Part shown: positions 57,818-64,000 of the stretch, piece after piece
How positions within the stretch are numbered: position 1 is the stretch's first letter
How the letters are laid out: every line of letters begins with the position of its first letter
Source of the DNA: the human T2T-CHM13v2.0 reference genome, Homo sapiens
NCBI RefSeq assembly: GCF_009914755.1
Contig: NC_060932.1
Reading direction: 5' to 3' (one strand)
DNA: 64,000 bases
Position numbers and translations under genes: made by a program
Notes under the pieces: model-generated
Seen by the model: the letters and a program-made list of their open reading frames with translations, nothing else
Databases searched by the model: none
Told to the model about the DNA's origin: nothing

Positions 57818-58293
57818 AGTCTTTTCATGCTAAAACATAACCTTCATTCATTCATTCAACATTAATAAAATTATGTGATTCTGCCCTCAAGGAACTTACT
57901 TTCAGTTTAGTATAAAAGGTAAGAACAGGTACATTAGCTTAACTTATTTTTAAAAATTAGTATCTTCAATATTACACTATTAATACCATCAATACTAATA
58001 GCAAATAGACATTTATTTGATAACTATTTATTAAGCACCTAATCAAGGAAGCTAATAAACGATTTTTTAAAAAAACATTTTTGGTAATAACAAAATGATC
58101 AAATTAAACCAGTTCATTCACACTATTAAGGTGGTATACCTTATAAAAGACTTCTGGAAAATACATGAGAAAATAAAGAAAAAATTATGCATCTATCTTG
58201 CCCTTGTAGAACTATTAACCTAACTGGGAAAATAAAAGACATAAATATATGTTTATGAAAATACCAATAAGCTCTATTAAGAATAAAAATTAC

Positions 58294-58476
58294 CTTTGAT
58301 TTTCTCTGATATGTCTTCATCCATATTTTCTTCAAGATCTTGACCAGCCTGAACAAATGTTAAAGACTTGTAGGATACAATCATTAGACCATTTCCATCA
58401 GGCTCAATAGCAGCATAATGTGGCACTGACTTTCCACGGAGAATATCACGCTTAATAATTTCATATTTTTTATTAT
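58294..58476 (-). CDS. NUDCD1: NUDCD1 coding exon (probably exon 5), 183 nt, (D)NKKYEIIKRDILRGKSVPHYAAIEPDGNGLMIVSYKSLTFVQAGQDLEENMDEDISEKIK
   Basis: Acceptor TTTTCTTACAG|AT and donor AAAG|GTAATT; open frame continues in phase from the previous exon; this frame is absent from the ORF track. Confidence 0.95.
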
Positions 58477-58699
58477 CTGTAAGAAAAGTATTTCAGAACA
58501 AAACATTACAAATAAAAACTATTATCAAAATATTCTGATATTTAAAAATTGATTTTAATTATAATTAAATAATTTGAATGTATTATTAAAAGGTACACTA
58601 TTAAGAGTCTTTTCATAAGGATAAACAATTTACAATCTAATTTTCCGTAAATAAGTCCCTATTTTAAAATATTGGGTCTGGTGAAATTTGTTCCCGATT

Positions 58700-58885
58700 G
58701 TCCTGTCCAATGTGGTAGTCACTGGCCAGAAGTATCTACTTAAAATTAAGTAAAATTTAAATTCCTCAGTCATACTAGCCACATTTTAATTGCTCAATAG
58801 CCACACATGGCTAGTAGCTACTGCAGTGAATGGTACACATATAAAACATGTCCATCTTGGAGAAATCTCTTATTAGACAGCAGTA
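58700..58885. mobile_element. MER3/MER33-like hAT element
   Basis: CTGTCCAATGTGGTAG...TAGCCACATTTTAATTGCTCAATAGCCACACATGGCTAGT...TATTAGACAGC. Confidence 0.72.
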
Positions 58886-59700
58886 CCCCAGAACTCCAAC
58901 ATGACCGGCTTACTTGGAATAACAGCTTCTGTATGACCTACCTCTCCTTGACTAAAGCCTGTCTGCCTTCTCAGCAGGTATGTGATAAGTTTCTTCTGAA
59001 AAGTGACAAATTGAGGACAAGGGGAAACATGCAGTGTGGTCTATTTTTCTGCCTGCTCTAACTCCCGATAAGGGGCATTTTAACAATGAAATAAATTTAT
59101 AGCAGAAATGATTTTTTTTACACAAGACATTTATCTATATGCTTATAATTAAACATAAATTAGTGCTACTTTTAAGATATAAACAATTAACTGTATTCCA
59201 AAAGTTTCTGACAAATTAAACTTATTTTCCTATAAAGACAGTAATTTTTTGCTTTAAAAAGTACTCAAACATTTTAGCTGACTCCATACTTTTACCTATA
59301 CTGTTACTCTTTAAGTGGGTTATACTTGTAGGCTTCATACTGAGTAGTCGAAAATCACAACTTAATGTCATATTATTATGAGTTTTTACATAATAATACC
59401 ATCTGTTCTAAAATATCTCATTGTTTTTACTCAAAATCCTCACCTACATTCACACATTCAGTTCACACATATTTAAGAACAGGCTTGTAATTTAATGAAT
59501 GAACAAAACTCCTACACTTCCCCTATAGATACATGCAGGGCCAAAAGTCCTACTTGACTTTAAAGATCCAAACACCGACATCACATATTTATAGCGTGGC
59601 CTTTCCCAGCATGCATGGGACAGAAAAGAATAGGAAGCCTCAAAAACCGGATTCCGTGGTTAAATATGTGGAGAAATGCTAGGTTAAAATTAAATGTAAA

Positions 59701-59987
59701 TTGTTTTTTGTTTGTTTGAGACAGGGTCTTACCCTGTTGCCCAAGCTAAATGCAGTGGCACGATCACTGCTCACTGTAGCCTCAAACTCCCAGGCTCAAG
59801 CAATCCTCCTGAATAGCTGGAACTATAGGTGCACAACACCATGCCGAGCTAATGTTTCTGTAATTTTTGTAGAGACGGTGGCTCACTATGTTGCCCAGAC
59901 TGGTCTCAAACTCCTGGGCTCAAGTGATCCTCCTGCTTTGACCTCCCAAAGTGCTGAGATTACAGGCATGAGCCTTTGCATCTAACC
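59701..59987 (-). mobile_element. AluJ-type SINE
   Basis: TTGAGACAGGGTCTT...CTCCTGGGCTCAAGTGATCC...ATTACAGGCATGAGCC. Confidence 0.9.
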
Positions 59988-60514
59988 TAAACTTTTTTTA
60001 CTCACAATTTTTAGAAACTTTAATATGCTTAATGTGTAATGGAGCTATTTTATGTCCACATTTTCAAACTTATCTGACCATAAATATACTTTATGAAATG
60101 TTTCATTCAAAATAGTTTACGAAAATACTGTTCTGTTAACTAAAAAGAAAAAGAAGAAAAAAACCAATCATATTAGTAGTAGTCTGGGAGAGAAGGAACA
60201 AGATATAAAAGAAAGATAAAGGGAACAATAAAGAGAATTAATGATTCTATAACTACAATCTTGGGAGAAAAAAGGTTAGTCTCAATGTATTTGTCCAGCT
60301 GAGGCAAAGAAACGAAGACAAACGGGATGGAGAAGTAGAGCTGGAGCAGAGTACTGCTATGTTCTGAGGCAATTTGATGAGTTACCACAGATTGAGAAAA
60401 AGATGTTACAGAACCAAGTGTCTTGGAGAAAGGAGGAGGAATATGCATGACAATGTCTCCTGTAAGATTTTGAATTACGTACCTTAAAAAAATTAAGGCT
60501 TCCATTATCTAAAG

Positions 60515-60800
60515 CAGGGGTTCTGCAAACTAGGACCCTTGAGCCAAAGCTGAATCTAGGCCTATTTTTGTATGGCCTGTGAGCTAAGCATGAATTTTAT
60601 ATTTTTAAATTGTTAAAATAGTAATATTTAAAGAATAATATTTAAATATATGTCAAAAAAACATAAAATTCAAATTCCTATGTCCATAAAGTATGATTGG
60701 AACACAACTATACTCATTCATTTATATATTGTCTATGGATGCTTTTGTACTGTGTTGGCATACTCGGATAGCTGTGACATAGATCTTATGGTTACCAACT
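60515..60800 (+). mobile_element. MER58B-like hAT element
   Basis: CAGGGGTTCTGCAAACT...TTTTTGTATGGCCTGTGAGCTAAG...CATTTATATATTGTCTATGGATGCTTTTG. Confidence 0.65.
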
Positions 60801-61886
60801 GGGATTTCAAAAAAGTTTTCTAATATCTAATTAAAGTTTAAAGTTACTGTGTTCCTCCAGAGATAAAACTACAACACCAAAAAGAACTAATAAATTATAC
60901 TGAATACTTCAAAGAACAAATCTAGGAGACTTATTCAGTTTATTTATAAACAATTTTGAGATATCTATTAGATAGACAGATAGCTGTTTTAGAATAAAAG
61001 GCAAAACCCTCTTAGGAAACAAATACTAACAGTCTTTACTGAATTGCAAACTAGCAGCTATGGTAAAGAAATATTTTTCTACAGAGATGAATGATAATTT
61101 AATTTATATTAACTTACTCATAAATGAGTCAGCTAATAAAAACTACTGAGAAAAAGAGCATAGAGTCATTATGGAAACAAGCACTCTCAGTACTCAACTA
61201 CAGTTAAAAAGAAAACACTCAATGAGTCAGCAGGAACTAAGCAAAGGCAAAGAGATTTCTTAATACCTTAAAGAAATCCTAATTAATTCATGAGATTGTA
61301 ATTTTTAATGTCAAGTTAGAAGCTTGACAGACAGCTTCAAACAGACCAAAGTTCAGGACTATTCTAAACATGGGAGCACATCAGGTAAGAAAAAGTAACA
61401 GTTTTCCTAAATGTAGAAACAAATAATGAAGTTCAATTAGATTTAAAAGAAATCATACCTGTACTTTAATGAAATAAAGACATTCATTTCCAAGTAAGTA
61501 TTTATATTTATTTACATTTAAATTATACTATAATGTATTAATTTACATTTAGTTTTAGGTATATGTTTCTGTGTATCACACATATATATGCATATATTTT
61601 TGTATATATTAAAAATATACCCGTTAAATTATTCAAAACTTATATAACAATGTCTTCTTTTATATAAAAGGCATAATTGGCTGTGGATGCACACTGCAAT
61701 TTTTTTCTATAAAATATACCTGAGGAAAAACTATCTATACATATTCATTCCACCAGTGGTGGCAGGTGCCAGAATTGTAACACAATGCCCAAGAAAGAGC
61801 AAACAGTATTTACAGGGACAGCTTTGTGTTTCAAAATCTACTAAATAATGCCAACCAGTAGAGACAGATTCAGACTTTTGTTTTAC

Positions 61887-62067
61887 CTTGATTTTTCTTA
61901 CTGATAGTGACCCACTCCAGAGAAACATAGAAACCACTTCCTTTCATATCCAATTCCTCTTTCTCTATTCGAAGAAGTAGGGTAGCTATAGAATGTTCTT
62001 CAGCATTTAGCAGTGAGATACTGTGAATTATAATAAAAGGATCCCCAAGTTCTTCATTAAACATAAT
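61887..62067 (-). CDS. NUDCD1: NUDCD1 coding exon (probably exon 4), 181 nt, IMFNEELGDPFIIIHS...EWVTISKKNQ
   Basis: Minus-strand acceptor TTTTGTTTTGTAG|ATT and donor CAAG|GTAAAA; overlaps ORF 61870..62064; peptide matches my recall of human NUDCD1; phase 0 in, phase 1 out. Confidence 0.95.
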
Positions 62068-62546
62068 CTACAAAACAAAATTACACACACAAAAAAGTGT
62101 ACATAATTACATGAACACAGATAGCATAGAGGGAATATATAGGATTCTGGTGATTCAACAGTTATTTTGGATACTATTTATTACAAGAAATTTGAAAATA
62201 AAAAGGCCTTTACATAAAGACTGCAAGTTTAGATAATGTTCCCTGAGGACAGAACTTTTAAGAAAATATTTATTTGTATAAGAAAAAAACTGATCATTAG
62301 TCTTGGCTACCTTGCTTCCTCTCAGTTTCTAGATATTGTATATGAGTGTGCATGTGTGTATGCCTTTTTCCTGTTTTTTGTTTGTTATTTATTCTCTGGA
62401 AGTTTACAAAGGCAAGAGTCAAAAACATTGAAGAATAAATCACCAAAACATGTTTTTTCTCAAAAACAAAAGAGCCTATTAGCATTTAAGAATAAGTTAA
62501 CAAACTCTATTTAAAATAATCCTAAAGTGTTTTTTGAAAAGCAAAA

Positions 62547-62612
62547 AAGCATCATATAAAAACACACAAAATCTTGTCTAAGCATCATACAGAAACACAC
62601 AAAATCTTATCA
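62547..62612 (+). repeat. 33-bp tandem duplication (2 copies)
   Basis: AAGCATCATATAAAAACACACAAAATCTTGTCT followed by AAGCATCATACAGAAACACACAAAATCTTATCA. Confidence 0.85.
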
Positions 62613-64000
62613 AATTCTTTCTTATACCACAAACACAAGATCTCAACAACTATTACATTTTTAAGACTAAATACAAAATAGAGAAGGTTTTAAGGCTGCT
62701 TCCTAAACAAGATTTCCAAATAAGATATGGACAGTTGAGAAAAAGCCTAACTGAAAAAAAGGTAGCTTTAAAAAACAAAAACAAAAAACAAAAAACAAAA
62801 CCTGTACCTGGTATCCCCACATATCTACTTCTACTTGAAAACCTTACAAAGAAAAATGTGCTTTAATGTCATCAAGTTCCCTATGTATTTGAACATCTGC
62901 CAAAATCATTCAAGTAATGGGCCTTCAGAATCCATTCTTAAGATTTCCATAAACAGAAAAAACAAAAGCTTAAAAAAAATCCTTAAATATTCAAAACAGA
63001 GATGACAGATGAAGGCAGGTTTTTATTGGTTGATTGGGTTTTGCTTTTGTTTGAGGAATAGGGGAAACAAAACGGAAGAACAGAAAATGACAAGTTTTGG
63101 CAGGAACAAGTAGCTAGTTTATTGTTTCTTTTTTTCTTTCTAGTATGAGTGAAAGGAACTGTAATGAAACCAGAAGAGTAGATGGCGTACTTTTAAAAAT
63201 TGTTAGGCTGAAGTTTCTAGTTTTCTGAACAAGCCCAGCATCTAAACTGTGATACCGTTGATACATGGCACTTCCATGGTATTAGAGGCAACACATTTGG
63301 AAAGCAAGCTGTCTCCTTTAATTTCTCTTTTTAAACTTCAGTAATCACCACCACCACCCTTGGCCCCCTTACCCCCCACCATGCTCCGTAATCACTTCTA
63401 CTTTTAGCTTCTCTGTTATATTAATTACCCTAAAGTCCTAAAACCCTCCTGAATTGTTTCTTAAAGTGACCAATATTCCACAGTATCCCTCCCACCTCAA
63501 TTAATCCCCAAGTCTCCTCCCTCTCCCACCAGTATCTAGTCAAAACTATTATTAGCTGAAAACATCTCTGAAGGGAGCTTATTTCATTAGGGCAGTATAT
63601 GCTAAAGAAGGCACAAGGTAGAATTAAGTTTTTAAATTTATTTAAAAGATACTATTGAAGTCTTAATACACGCCAAGGGGATACACAAAACAAAACCAAA
63701 AGAAGTATAAGCCCATATGAAATAATGTGTGGTATTATTTTTAAGATGAAAGTGAGCCAAGTAGGTTTGTCCTGTTCAAAATCTACAGAATCCATACAGC
63801 TCAATACCAGATAAATTCCCACTCATATCTCTCCTGCGCATTATTCTCAAAATACCTTCCAACTGTTTCAGGTAGCTGTGCTACATACCACATTACTTCT
63901 GTTTTTCAGAAAAATGAAAGTTGTTACTAAAGGCCAAAACAGAAATTGCCACAGTATCCAATGAATATCTGAAACTGTGAATGCAACAGGCTCTTGTAAA

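Overview
AT-rich, repeat-dense primate (very likely human) genomic DNA. It holds the 3' part of NUDCD1 (NudC domain-containing 1, also CML66/NudCL2) on the minus strand. Seven GT-AG coding exons (61887-62067, 58294-58476, 49511-49715, 43895-44039, 39546-39671, 13864-14023, 11551-11843) splice in frame to 1293 nt, i.e. 430 aa plus TAA, including the CS/p23-like domain. The promoter and first exons lie beyond the right edge. The 3' UTR has a proximal (11232-11237) and a candidate distal (9483-9488) AATAAA. The rest is intronic or downstream DNA: at least 13 Alus, a near-full-length L1PB with a nested L1PA end, old L1M pieces, MLT1 and ERV1 LTRs, hAT/Tigger DNA transposons and MIRs. Nearly all other listed ORFs are repeat-derived or chance. 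I do not see a new multi-gene biological system. The best second-look signals are small: a ~54 bp insertion apparently copied from a transposon 1.6 kb away, a snap-back duplication/inversion scar, a twin-primed L1, a ~100 nt hairpin, a short polyadenylated LTR retrocopy, a pair of NRF2/AP-1 motifs in intron 4, a weak in-frame exon 8 acceptor and alternative polyadenylation. Exon numbers and repeat subfamily names come from my recall of the gene and consensus sequences, not from a database search.
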